From contig CAZEDB010000001.1 of NCBI GenBank assembly GCA_964510855.1, positions 12,220 to 76,219 on the forward strand: a DNA stretch of 64,000 nucleotides. The letters are read 5' to 3'. The translations under genes were made by a program, and so were the position numbers. Below the pieces are notes generated by a model, which was given only the letters and a program-made list of their open reading frames with translations, was not told where the DNA came from and did not search any database. Below, one piece after another: positions 1 to 8,777 of the stretch (within the stretch, counting starts at the first letter, position 1; the number at the start of each line of letters is the position of its first letter). Source of the stretch: an uncultured Enterobacteriaceae bacterium (GTDB taxonomy: Bacteria; Verrucomicrobiota; Verrucomicrobiia; Opitutales; UBA953).

Positions 1-281
1 TTGGAAAAACCGTGGCACAAAATTTAGCCCTAGTGAGCCGCCTTAATCGCATCACGGCCCTAGGCTACCCTGTGCTGCTTGGGACAAGTCGTAAGTCGAC
101 ACTGGGGGCCGTACTCAATGAGCCTGATGCTTTAAAACGTGAACCTGGTGATGCGGCCTGTGCTACCTGGGGAATTGCCCAAGGCGCCGCCATGATCCGC
201 GTCCATGATGTCGCCGCCCTGCGACCGGTTATCAAAATGGCCGACGCCCTTCGCTACGGTAAAAACTGGGAAGCCTCGTAA
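1..281 (+). CDS. folP: Dihydropteroate synthase, 3' end (gene starts upstream of the window)
   Basis: The frame is open to base 3. The C-terminal motifs LLGTSRKS and AAMIRVHDV are typical of DHPS. Confidence 0.85.
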   Translation, partial: GKTVAQNLALVSRLNRITALGYPVLLGTSRKSTLGAVLNEPDALKREPGDAACATWGIAQGAAMIRVHDVAALRPVIKMADALRYGKNWEAS

Positions 282-329
282 GTTAGGGCCTTATTAAGGC
301 CTCCTTAAACTGCTGTAAAAGAGGGAGGG

Positions 330-402
330 AGCCAGCAGTCGGACTTGAACCGACGACCTGCCGCTTACAAGGCGGCTGCTCTACCAACTGAGCTATGCTG
401 GC
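330..402 (-). tRNA. tRNA-Thr (anticodon UGU)
   Basis: The reverse complement folds by hand into a 73-nt cloverleaf. Acceptor GCCAGCA/TGCTGGC, D-arm GCTC..GAGC, anticodon stem GCCGC/GCGGC with loop CTTGTAA, T-arm GTCGG-TTCAAGT-CCGAC. CCA is not encoded. Confidence 0.9.
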
Positions 403-513
403 GACCAACCAAAACTAGCCTTTTAGAGGCTAAGGCTGGGGTCAACCCCAGACGAGGGTGGATTGGGATTGAAGCAGGGCTAAACGGGGCTGATAAAAGA
501 CCCCCAGACCCCC

Positions 514-2001
514 ATGCGACTCCCCAAGTCCCTCCTCATTCTCTCCTCCTCTCTCTTGATCGGTTGCGCTTCAAGCGACCCCGACGGCAAGACGGAAGAG
601 GTTACGATTTTGTCGAAGCCCAAAGGCGCCATGGTAGAAATTAATGGTACGCGTGTGGGACGAACCCCCATCACGGTCGAACTCGACCGCACGGAAAACC
701 ATGAAGTTACCCTTGATAAGTCTGGCTATGAACCCCGGACCACAACCGTTCGTCCCAGTCTGCGTAACAGTTCTTACGGTTTCGGCGGTCAAGTCGTGGT
801 AGAATTAGATCCCATTGGTACAGGTGACAACCTGACCGCAGCTGAGAAGGCGGAATTTAATCGCGCGCGCGAATCCGCTCGTGCCCCCGAAGGAGTCGAT
901 GCCGCTATCTATGGCACGCTTCAGGGTGACATTACTGAGGCTAGACTCGCTGCCGAAAAACTCGCGGCGATTGCTAAGGCGGCCAAAGAAGAATCCGAGC
1001 GCTCGCAAGCCGACTTAACCGCCGCCATCGCAGCCCTCAAAAAAGAATCAGCTGCCGATGAAGCCGAAATCCAAGCCGCAGAAGATAAACTTAAGGAAGC
1101 CCTCGCTGCCGCGGTAGCCTCCGAACAAATTTTAGCCACTGAGCAACGCGTTGTTCGTCTGCGCTTAGCAGCGATTGACGCCACCCAAGCTTCGGGTGAG
1201 CCCGTAGCTCCTGAGGCTAGAACCAACCTCGCTGAATCGCAAGAGAAGTTGGCGCAGGCAGAAGTCGTGGCCACCACCAACCGCTCGGTCTTGGCGGAAG
1301 CAACCGCAGCCCTCAGCGCCGTTGCCCAAGCACGTGCGGCTAAGGGTGGTCAGTCTGAAGCCGAGCGCATGCAAGGTATCATGGACGAAGCTGGCAAGCG
1401 TCAGACTACCTTAGCTAAGATTGAAGCCGACCTTGCGGTCTCGTCAGCTAACGTTGCCGCACGCGTCGACAATCTCGAGAAGACGACGATTGCTGGCAGC
1501 CAAGCCGCGATTGCCGCTGCTCAAGCTGAAGTTGAAGCCGCTCGCCAAGAGGCGGCTGGCCTCAAAGTTGCCCTCGAAGTTGCTAAGGCCGACAGCGCCC
1601 GTGAAGCTGCCGCCACCGCCGAACAAAAAGCTGCCCTCGCCCAAGAGCAAGTCATGGCACTCGAGAAGCGTCTCGCCGATATCGAAGAAGCGCATAAAGT
1701 TGCCCTCGAAGAAGCCACCGAAGCGCACAACCTTACGGTTGCGGCTTTGGAAGAAGCTAAGGGCCGAGCCGCACTTGCCGCTGAAGTTGCCCAACGTGAA
1801 GCGGTTGAAGCCGCTGCCCAAGCCGCTGCTAAAGCTAAACTCGAGGTCGAGGCCGCTCAGCGCACGATTCTTGACCGCACCTACGCCGAGTTCACCGCTC
1901 GCAAGGGATTGCTCGAAGCCCGACTCCGCGCCAAGGAAATCACGCAAGCGACCTACCTGGCTGAAATTGAGGCCTTAGAAAAAGAAGCCCGCGGTCGTTA
2001 A
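514..2001 (+). CDS. Lipoprotein with an N-terminal PEGA domain and a long Ala/Glu/Lys-rich coiled-coil
   Basis: Signal peptide with lipobox LLIGC. PEGA-like segment ILSKPKGAMVEINGTRVGRTPITVEL..HEVTLDKSGYEP. About 380 aa of A/E/K/Q-rich helical low-complexity sequence follows. Confidence 0.7.
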   Translation: MRLPKSLLILSSSLLIGCASSDPDGKTEEVTILSKPKGAMVEINGTRVGRTPITVELDRTENHEVTLDKSGYEPRTTTVRPSLRNSSYGFGGQVVVELDPIGTGDNLTAAEKAEFNRARESARAPEGVDAAIYGTLQGDITEARLAAEKLAAIAKAAKEESERSQADLTAAIAALKKESAADEAEIQAAEDKLKEALAAAVASEQILATEQRVVRLRLAAIDATQASGEPVAPEARTNLAESQEKLAQAEVVATTNRSVLAEATAALSAVAQARAAKGGQSEAERMQGIMDEAGKRQTTLAKIEADLAVSSANVAARVDNLEKTTIAGSQAAIAAAQAEVEAARQEAAGLKVALEVAKADSAREAAATAEQKAALAQEQVMALEKRLADIEEAHKVALEEATEAHNLTVAALEEAKGRAALAAEVAQREAVEAAAQAAAKAKLEVEAAQRTILDRTYAEFTARKGLLEARLRAKEITQATYLAEIEALEKEARGR

Positions 2002-2020
2002 TTATCCTCCTGCTAAAAAA

Positions 2021-2046
2021 AGCCCGCCTCACCGCGGGCTTTTTTG
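2021..2046 (+). terminator. Rho-independent terminator after the PEGA lipoprotein gene
   Basis: Stem AGCCCGC (2021-2027) pairs with GCGGGCT (2034-2040), followed by a T-run. An A-run lies upstream. Confidence 0.6.
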
Positions 2047-2080
2047 TTGGAGCCCTCACGATTGAGGGCAAAGGTGCGCT

Positions 2081-3169
2081 ATGCCCGAGCTTGAACGCAC
2101 GCCCCTCTTTAATTTCCATGTCGCCCACGGGGGTCGCATGGTCCCATTTGCGGGCTGGGAAATGCCCGTGCAGTACACGGGCATCATCGAAGAACACTTA
2201 GCGGTTCGACGCGCCGCGGGGCTTTTCGATGTTAGTCACATGGGCGAATGTCGGGTATCTGGGCCTGATGCCGCCACCTTCCTGGACCGCGTCATGACGC
2301 AAGTTATGTCCACCATCCCCATCGGGATGGCGCGCTACACCATCATGTGCCAACCCGACGGCGGTTGTGTCGACGATCTGATTGTCTATCGCCTCGATGC
2401 GGAAACATTTCTCATCTGTCTTAACGCCTCTAACGCCGCTAAGGATATTGCTTGGCTGCGCCAACAGGCTGGGACCAATCGGGTAACGATTGTTGATGAG
2501 TGCCGAGACTGGGCCCAGCTCGCCCTACAAGGACCCTTAGCGGAAGCTATCTTAGCTGGCCTAACGTCAGCAAATTTAGCGGCACTTAAACGTTTTGGTT
2601 TTGTTACCACAACCGTCGCAGGCTGTGCAGGCTGTCTGGTTTCGCGTACAGGTTATACGGGCTCGGCTGGATTTGAAATTTATCTACCAGCGGCGCATGC
2701 CACCCAAGTCGCTGAAGCGATTTGGCACATCGGCAAGCCCCAAGGATTATTACTTGCAGGGCTAGGCTGCCGGGACTCTTTGCGTCTCGAAGCAGGCTAC
2801 CCTTTATATGGTCACGAAATCTCGGAGACGTTGTCGCCCATCCAGGCTGGGTTAGGTTGGGCGGTAAAGTTTACCAAGCCGGCGTTTGTGGGTCGTGAGG
2901 CACTTAAGCGCCAGGCAGACGGCGCCCTAACCGAAAAAGTCGTGGCCTTTTCCCTTAATGACCGTCGGATTGCCCGCCAAGGAACCGCGGTGCTTTCTGG
3001 CACGCAGCAGGTTGGCCAGGTGCTCTCTGGGACACTTTCCCCCTTATTAAACAAGCCCATCGGCACCGCTTTAGTGTCCCTCGACGCTCTCAACCAGGGG
3101 CAACTTGAGGTCGACCTACGCGGCAACCGCGTGCCCTTAATCATTAGCTCCGAACCTTTTTATAAGTGA
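2081..3169 (+). CDS. gcvT: Glycine cleavage system T protein (aminomethyltransferase)
   Basis: N-terminus TPLFNFHVAHGGRMVPFAGWEMPVQY, 362 aa, and gcvH lies immediately downstream. Confidence 0.95.
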   Translation: MPELERTPLFNFHVAHGGRMVPFAGWEMPVQYTGIIEEHLAVRRAAGLFDVSHMGECRVSGPDAATFLDRVMTQVMSTIPIGMARYTIMCQPDGGCVDDLIVYRLDAETFLICLNASNAAKDIAWLRQQAGTNRVTIVDECRDWAQLALQGPLAEAILAGLTSANLAALKRFGFVTTTVAGCAGCLVSRTGYTGSAGFEIYLPAAHATQVAEAIWHIGKPQGLLLAGLGCRDSLRLEAGYPLYGHEISETLSPIQAGLGWAVKFTKPAFVGREALKRQADGALTEKVVAFSLNDRRIARQGTAVLSGTQQVGQVLSGTLSPLLNKPIGTALVSLDALNQGQLEVDLRGNRVPLIISSEPFYK

Positions 3170-3214
3170 GGGATTGAGTTTCAGCCCAACTCCCCTTCCC
3201 ATCTTACTTTAACG

Positions 3215-3595
3215 ATGAGCAACGTTCCTGACACCCTGCGTTACACCGCCGAACACGAATGGCTTCGGATTGAAGCCGATGGCACCGCTACCATTGGTAT
3301 CACGGATCACGCCCAGGCTGCACTCGGGGACGTCACCTTTGTTGATCTTCCTAAAACCGGTGCTTCTTTTGCGAAAGGCGCAACCTTTGGCGCAGTTGAA
3401 TCCGTTAAGGCCGCCTCGGACCTTTACTCACCTGTCGCTGGCACTGTGGTCGCAGTTAATACCGACCTCAACGCCGCACCTGACTTAGTTAATCGCGAGC
3501 CTTATGGCGGGGCATGGATGATTAAGCTCAAATTGGATCAGCCAGCAGAATTGAATGCTCTGCTCGATGCGGCGAGTTACCGCAAACTCCTCTAA
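3215..3595 (+). CDS. gcvH: Glycine cleavage system H protein
   Basis: 126 aa. Carries the lipoyl-lysine motif VESVKAASDLYSPVAG and the HEW motif near the N-terminus. Confidence 0.95.
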   Translation: MSNVPDTLRYTAEHEWLRIEADGTATIGITDHAQAALGDVTFVDLPKTGASFAKGATFGAVESVKAASDLYSPVAGTVVAVNTDLNAAPDLVNREPYGGAWMIKLKLDQPAELNALLDAASYRKLL

Positions 3596-3639
3596 GGGCG
3601 GCGCTTGCGCTCAGCTTAAGCGCTGACTAAGTTCCACGC

Positions 3640-4776
3640 ATGGGCTTCGGCGAAATCCATGCAGCACATCCTTGGGAGACGACCCGAGCGCGTATTCTTA
3701 GTCGCACCTCGGCCGACGTCCAACGTGCGTTAGGTCACGCGCGCGAGGGCCGGGCCGACTTACAGGATTTTGAAGCGCTGATTTCTCCGGCAGGTGCCAA
3801 CTACCTCGAGGCCATGGCCCAACTCAGCCATGAAAAAACTGTTCAACGCTTCGGGCGCACCATGCAAATTTTTGCCCCCGCCTACCTTTCTAACGAATGC
3901 CAAAACGTTTGTACCTATTGTGGTTATAGCGCTGGCAATAAAGTCCCGCGCCGAACCCTAACCCCACCAGAAATTCTTCGTGAAGCGGGTGCCCTTCGCC
4001 AATTAGGTATCGATCACGTGCTCTTACTTACGGGCGAATCAAATAAAGTCGGGGTAGATTACTTAGAGTCTGCCCTGCAACTCCTACGCCCGCATTTTAG
4101 TTCACTCTCGCTTGAGGTCCAACCCCTTGAAACCGCGGACTACCTTCGCCTACGTCGCGCAGGCCTCAACACCGTCTTGGTCTACCAAGAAACCTATCAC
4201 GCCGAAGCTTACCGCACTCATCACCCTAAAGGACGGAAGTCTGATTTTGGCTGGCGGCTCGACGCACCTGATCGTGTGGGCGCTGCCGGTGTCCACAAAA
4301 TCGGCTTAGGCGGACTCTTTGGCCTCGAGGATTGGCGCACGGAATGCTTCTTCACCGCTTTGCACTTGGGTTGGCTCGAACGACGCCATTGGCAGAGCCG
4401 CTTCAGTGTTTCTTTTCCTCGGTTGAGGCCACATGAAGGCGACCTCGCTCCTAAGGTTGAAATGACCGACCGCGATCTCGTGCAAGCGATCTGCGCTTTT
4501 CGTCTCCTTAATGGCGAAGTTGAACTCAACTTAAGCACGCGGGAACGGGCAAGCTTCCGCGATCAAGCCTTCCGACTGGGCGTTACCGCTATGTCAGCTG
4601 GCTCACGCACGAATCCTGGAGGTTATGCCGAAGGCGCCAGCGCCTCACTCGAACAATTTTCAGTCGAAGATACCCGCAGTCCACGCGAAGTTGCAGCGAT
4701 GCTGCAAGCGGCTGGCTATGAACCAGTCTGGAAAGACTGGGATGCTTCCTATGACCAAGCAGAAGCTTTAACCTAA
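3640..4776 (+). CDS. thiH: Radical SAM enzyme, ThiH-like 2-iminoacetate synthase (tyrosine lyase)
   Basis: YLSNECQNVCTYCGYS matches the ThiH/HydG-type CxxxCxxC context (YLSN.C.N.C.YCG.S). The 378-aa length fits ThiH. Confidence 0.65.
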   Translation: MGFGEIHAAHPWETTRARILSRTSADVQRALGHAREGRADLQDFEALISPAGANYLEAMAQLSHEKTVQRFGRTMQIFAPAYLSNECQNVCTYCGYSAGNKVPRRTLTPPEILREAGALRQLGIDHVLLLTGESNKVGVDYLESALQLLRPHFSSLSLEVQPLETADYLRLRRAGLNTVLVYQETYHAEAYRTHHPKGRKSDFGWRLDAPDRVGAAGVHKIGLGGLFGLEDWRTECFFTALHLGWLERRHWQSRFSVSFPRLRPHEGDLAPKVEMTDRDLVQAICAFRLLNGEVELNLSTRERASFRDQAFRLGVTAMSAGSRTNPGGYAEGASASLEQFSVEDTRSPREVAAMLQAAGYEPVWKDWDASYDQAEALT

Positions 4777-4777
4777 C

Positions 4778-5515
4778 ATGCTCCGCACTTGGCTTGACCA
4801 TCCTCTACGACCGGGAGCAACCACGGTCACACTCTCACCAGAGGCCAGCGCCCACTTGGTGCGGAGTCTACGCGCCCGCCGTGGCGATACTGTAGTTTTA
4901 CTCGATGGCGCCGGTCTTATTGCCGAAGGTCGATTAAGTTCGGCCGATGGTAACGCCGCCCAAGTCGAGTTACTCAAGGTTTCTCGCGCACCTACGCCCT
5001 CACCTCAACTCATTCTCGCTCAAGCCATGCCCAAGGGGGGCACGATGGATGACTTAGTACGTTCGGTTGCCGAAGCAGGTGCCTCTGAAATTATCCCCCT
5101 CATGACCGCGCGCTGCGAGGTGCGACTCGACCCTGAGCGCGCCGCGGTTAAAGCTGCACGCTGGCGCGATCAAGCTATCGAAGCCTGCAAACAGTGCGGT
5201 AATCCTTGGCTTACCGAAATTGCCCCGCCCGCCTCCTTCCGTGCTTGGATGGATGCCCTACCTTCACCAGTAGGTGGCGAATTACGCCTGACTGCCTCGC
5301 TTGAAATTGATGCCGAGCCCCTCGCTCATGTTAATTTTACCAACATCGCTCGCGTTACTTGGTTGGTAGGTCCTGAAGGCGATCTTACCCCTGAAGAACT
5401 TGCTGGGGCTCGACATGCTGGGTTCAGACCCGTCTCCTTAGGTCGCCTAACCTTACGGGCCGAAAACGCCGCCCTTGCTTGCATGGTAGCGACGCAAGTG
5501 CTCGCGGCTAGGTAG
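4778..5515 (+). CDS. rsmE: 16S rRNA (uracil1498-N3)-methyltransferase
   Basis: 245 aa, with the C-terminal SPOUT motif VGPEGDLTPEE..LGRLTLRAE. Confidence 0.85.
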   Translation: MLRTWLDHPLRPGATTVTLSPEASAHLVRSLRARRGDTVVLLDGAGLIAEGRLSSADGNAAQVELLKVSRAPTPSPQLILAQAMPKGGTMDDLVRSVAEAGASEIIPLMTARCEVRLDPERAAVKAARWRDQAIEACKQCGNPWLTEIAPPASFRAWMDALPSPVGGELRLTASLEIDAEPLAHVNFTNIARVTWLVGPEGDLTPEELAGARHAGFRPVSLGRLTLRAENAALACMVATQVLAAR

Positions 5516-5583
5516 AGTTATCTAGGGAATGAACCTTGGCTGGGGGTTGGTGACGACCTGAAGGAGTGCACTAAACTTCAGGG

Positions 5584-6042
5584 ATGGATACTCCACGCTC
5601 CTCCCCCTCCGAATCCTCACTCCTTACGTTTGATGCTTGGCGTCAAACCCGCGATACCGCTGGGCTTATTCTCCGTTTAACCCGACAACCCGGTCTACGC
5701 GATGATCCCGCCTTAACCGATGCACTGGCCCACGCGGTAATCGAGGCGGCAGGCGAACTTGCGCGCGGGCGCTCTCTTCCCGCCCAACGGCCAGATGCCA
5801 AAAGGGTCGCCTACGAAAGCGCCTTGGGTTCGTTGGCTAAACTCGAATCCGTCTTAGGCATTGCCGCCGTCGTGGGTAAACTCAGCGCCCGTGAAGGCCG
5901 CGAGGCTGAAGAGGCTCTAGGGAGTGCCCGCCGTTGCGTGCATGGTTTGCTCCGAGCGCTCAACGGCGGGGGGCGCGCGCCACAACCTCGCGCATCCGAC
6001 GCAAAATTTCGTGGAGACGATCCCTGGGGCAGCCGAAGTTAA
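5584..6042 (+). CDS. Possible four-helix-bundle protein (family of the 23S rRNA intervening-sequence-encoded proteins)
   Basis: The helix pattern W..T.D.A..I.RLT / LTD.L..A / ALGSLAKLES.L.IA...GKLS..E / GLLRAL resembles that family. The tail overlaps the convergent lyase gene by 83 nt. Confidence 0.4.
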   Translation: MDTPRSSPSESSLLTFDAWRQTRDTAGLILRLTRQPGLRDDPALTDALAHAVIEAAGELARGRSLPAQRPDAKRVAYESALGSLAKLESVLGIAAVVGKLSAREGREAEEALGSARRCVHGLLRALNGGGRAPQPRASDAKFRGDDPWGSRS

Positions 6043-7117
6043 GTCGGACATGTCCGGGCCCGCCAAACTCTGCCCCATTCGTCAGACCAACGCCGCCTTG
6101 CTCAAAAGCACTATGGGCATCTTCAAAGCCCAAAGCCGTGGCATCAAACCATGCCAAGAAACTCGATTGAGGGCGCTGCCGCAAAACCAGACCCGGCATG
6201 TGACGCAACTCAGCTTCGATCAAATCCAAGTTGCCCCGCAAGTAGTCGACACAGGCCAAGCGCCATGGTTCGCCGTGGTTAAAGGCAGCTTCGGTAGCGG
6301 CCAGACCAAAGACATTTTGATCCAGGGAAAGACCCTGCAAGAGACGGCGGAATCGCTGGCGCAGACTAGGATCAGAAATAATTGCGAAGCCGCAGGTGAG
6401 CCCTGCGACATTATAGGTCTTACTCGCGGCCATCAGGGTAATCGTACGGCGCGCCATCTCTTCACTCAGCGAGGCAAAGACGGTGTGCTGGGCAAGGGGA
6501 TCGAGCACGAGGTCACAATGAATTTCATCTGCGCAAACCATGAGATCATGGCGAATGACTATCTCAGCCAAGCGCCGCAATTCACTGAGATCAAAGACGC
6601 GCGCCAGAGGGTTGTAAGGACTGCAAAGCAGCAAAACCTTTGCCGACGAATTAGCACAAGCCTCCTCCAGCCGATTCCAATCAAACGTCCATCGCGTACC
6701 TTCCCACGCCATCGGGACGCGCAACAAGCCACGTTCGGAAAGGGTTGGGGCACTCAAAAAAGGGGGATAAACTGGGAAGGTGCTAACGACACTTTCGCCC
6801 GGAGCTGCACCGATACGAATCGCACCGTGAATGCCCGGAACCAACGATGTAAGAAACGTTATCCATTCAGGCTGAACCTCCCAGCCGTGCCGTCGCTTCA
6901 AATGACCTGTAACCGCGGCAAAGGCTTGGTCACGCTGCATGGGGTAGCCATAAACTCCATGCTCCGCACGTTCGCGCAACGCCTCTACAACTGCAGGAGG
7001 CGAACGAAAATCCATGTCGGCAATCCAACAAGGGATGATATCTTTTCCGGCATAGCGGTTCCACTTAGTGCTATCGGTAATGCTACGGTCGGGGCAGTTA
7101 TCGAAATCAAAGGCCAT
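5960..7117 (-). CDS. PLP-dependent C-S lyase (MalY/PatB-type cystathionine beta-lyase)
   Basis: N-terminus FDNCPDRSITDSTKWNRY..IPCWIADMDF, and the PLP-lysine context ASKTYNVAGL. Confidence 0.85.
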   Translation of the reverse strand: MAFDFDNCPDRSITDSTKWNRYAGKDIIPCWIADMDFRSPPAVVEALRERAEHGVYGYPMQRDQAFAAVTGHLKRRHGWEVQPEWITFLTSLVPGIHGAIRIGAAPGESVVSTFPVYPPFLSAPTLSERGLLRVPMAWEGTRWTFDWNRLEEACANSSAKVLLLCSPYNPLARVFDLSELRRLAEIVIRHDLMVCADEIHCDLVLDPLAQHTVFASLSEEMARRTITLMAASKTYNVAGLTCGFAIISDPSLRQRFRRLLQGLSLDQNVFGLAATEAAFNHGEPWRLACVDYLRGNLDLIEAELRHMPGLVLRQRPQSSFLAWFDATALGFEDAHSAFEQGGVGLTNGAEFGGPGHVRLNFGCPRDRLHEILRRMREVVARAPRR

Positions 7118-7264
7118 GGAAGCGTCTTAAGGTCCTATGTTTGGAATGAGGGCGGCAGCGGGCAAATGCATTTTGAGAACCAACGCCGATTTCGCACCTA
7201 ATCCCGACCCTTCGACTCTCGCCACTCGTGCTTTATTGGCCCGCAAACCCAGCATCAGCCTACA

Positions 7265-7984
7265 ATGCCACCCTTAGACCCAGCATGGATAGATTTTATC
7301 TTCCCGCGCGACTGTGCCGTGACAGGTCACGCACTCGACACCCATGAACCCGGACACCTCAGCGCCCAAGGGGGACGGGCACTGTTGCGGATTACCGACC
7401 CACGTTGCGGTAGATGCGGCCAGCCACTGTATGGGAAAGTCTTAGGCAGTAAGGATTGCCCCCGTTGCACCGATCTGCCCACAGGTTTTGGACGGGCGGT
7501 GTGTGCCTTCAAATCTCGTGACCTTGCTCGCGAACTCATCCACCGGGGCAAATACCGAGGCGAACCCCAACTTTGGGAGGATCTTTGTCGGCTCGCCTGT
7601 GAAGATGCTCAGATTCGTCGTCACCTCGCAGGCTCCTTACTGATTCCTGCCCCACTCCACCCCGATCGACTCCGTGAGCGGGGCTATGATCAGGCAGCTC
7701 GCATTGCACATGAACTAGGTCGCTGGGTACCAGGGGCCCTGCCCGCGCATTATCTCATACGCACTCGCGCTACGCAGCAGCAGGCACGGCTGGACCGGGA
7801 GGCTCGCCAAGAAAATCTTGATGATGCGTTTCGTTTATTACCCGGACTCACAAGGATACCTAAAAAACGGCTGGTGGTGGTTGATGATGTGTTAACCACT
7901 GGAGCGACTTTAGCTTCAGCAGCTAGGACTTTGCGTGCCGCAGGTGCCAAAGTCGTGGATGCGTTTGCCTTAGCTCGCGGGTAG
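7265..7984 (+). CDS. comF: ComF family phosphoribosyltransferase-domain protein
   Basis: N-terminal Cys pairs CGRCGQ..CPRC, and the PRPP-binding loop VVVDDVLTTGATL. Confidence 0.8.
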   Translation: MPPLDPAWIDFIFPRDCAVTGHALDTHEPGHLSAQGGRALLRITDPRCGRCGQPLYGKVLGSKDCPRCTDLPTGFGRAVCAFKSRDLARELIHRGKYRGEPQLWEDLCRLACEDAQIRRHLAGSLLIPAPLHPDRLRERGYDQAARIAHELGRWVPGALPAHYLIRTRATQQQARLDREARQENLDDAFRLLPGLTRIPKKRLVVVDDVLTTGATLASAARTLRAAGAKVVDAFALARG

Positions 7985-7985
7985 T

Positions 7986-8777
7986 TTAGCGCAGACCTTG
8001 GGCAGCCAAGAGCATGGTTAAATCTTCTGCACGAATGCACATTTGCTGGTTAATAAAAACGCGTAAGTCAGCCGCGAGAGGCGCAATAAACGTCCGCACC
8101 AGGCGCGGGGTTTTGAATTCGAGTCTTGCGGCGTGCAGAGCTTGACGGGGCAAAGCCAGGGACTGTTCATGACGGTCGGTCCAACCCTTTTCAACGAGTT
8201 CAAGGTAGAGGGATTCATCACGACCGTAGAGTTTATCTCCAACCACGGGGTGCCCTAACCAAAGCGCATGGGCCCGAATCTGATGTTTTCGGCCTGTAGG
8301 TAATTGCACACGAGCCAGGGTATAGCCGGCCGCACATTTCAGCGGTTCAAAGAGGGTGATAGAGGGCGAACCCCTGGCATGCACGGTAGTCTTAACCGCA
8401 ATCCGACTCGCCGCATCAGGGCCTAGCGGTTGGTCGACGACGGTGGTTTGCTTCAGTTCGCCTTCCAGTAGGGTTAAATAGGTTTTTTCTACTTCGCGCT
8501 TTTCCATAGCAACCTGTGCCACCGATGCCGCCGCTTCATGTTTAGCTAAAAGTAAAACGCCGCTGGTCTCGCGATCAAGTCGACTCACAAGATGAACTTT
8601 ACCGCCGCGCATTTCTCGAATCGCACCAACGAGTGATGACCAGGGGCCATCTTTGGATGGATGACAAACCACCCAGCCGGGCTTATCTATCACGAGATAG
8701 TCCTCATCCTCCTCAATAATCCAGCTCGTCAGTTCCGATGGATTTATTTTGGGGTGTTTTTCGTGCGCCTCTCTCAT
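7986..8777 (-). CDS. RluA-family pseudouridine synthase
   Basis: Catalytic motif SRLDRETSGVLLLAK and GRKHQIRAH. Confidence 0.85.
   Translation of the reverse strand: MREAHEKHPKINPSELTSWIIEEDEDYLVIDKPGWVVCHPSKDGPWSSLVGAIREMRGGKVHLVSRLDRETSGVLLLAKHEAAASVAQVAMEKREVEKTYLTLLEGELKQTTVVDQPLGPDAASRIAVKTTVHARGSPSITLFEPLKCAAGYTLARVQLPTGRKHQIRAHALWLGHPVVGDKLYGRDESLYLELVEKGWTDRHEQSLALPRQALHAARLEFKTPRLVRTFIAPLAADLRVFINQQMCIRAEDLTMLLAAQGLR

Noticed and set aside
345-692. ORFs 345-644 (+) and 480-692 (-) around the tRNA-Thr
   Set aside because: One of them runs through the tRNA gene and the lipoprotein start region. Neither has a motif, and the region is explained by the tRNA and the 514-2001 CDS.
921-1978. 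Several 60-185-aa ORFs on both strands inside the PEGA/coiled-coil gene (for example 1421-1978 + and 1444-1947 -)
   Set aside because: These are mirror or shifted frames produced by the GCN/GAA-rich low-complexity coding sequence. Only the 514-2001 frame has a signal peptide, a lipobox and a PEGA domain.
2002-2080. Glycine riboswitch upstream of gcvT
   Set aside because: The spacer is only 79 nt and is largely occupied by the upstream terminator and a short hairpin (GCCCTCA/TGAGGGC). That leaves no room for even one glycine aptamer, and no conserved aptamer core is seen.
5924-7201. 425-aa + strand ORF
   Set aside because: It lies entirely antisense to the well-supported PLP-dependent lyase gene (5960-7117). 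Its translation has no recognisable motifs and is rich in Arg/Gln/Thr, which is typical of antisense frames in GC-rich genes.
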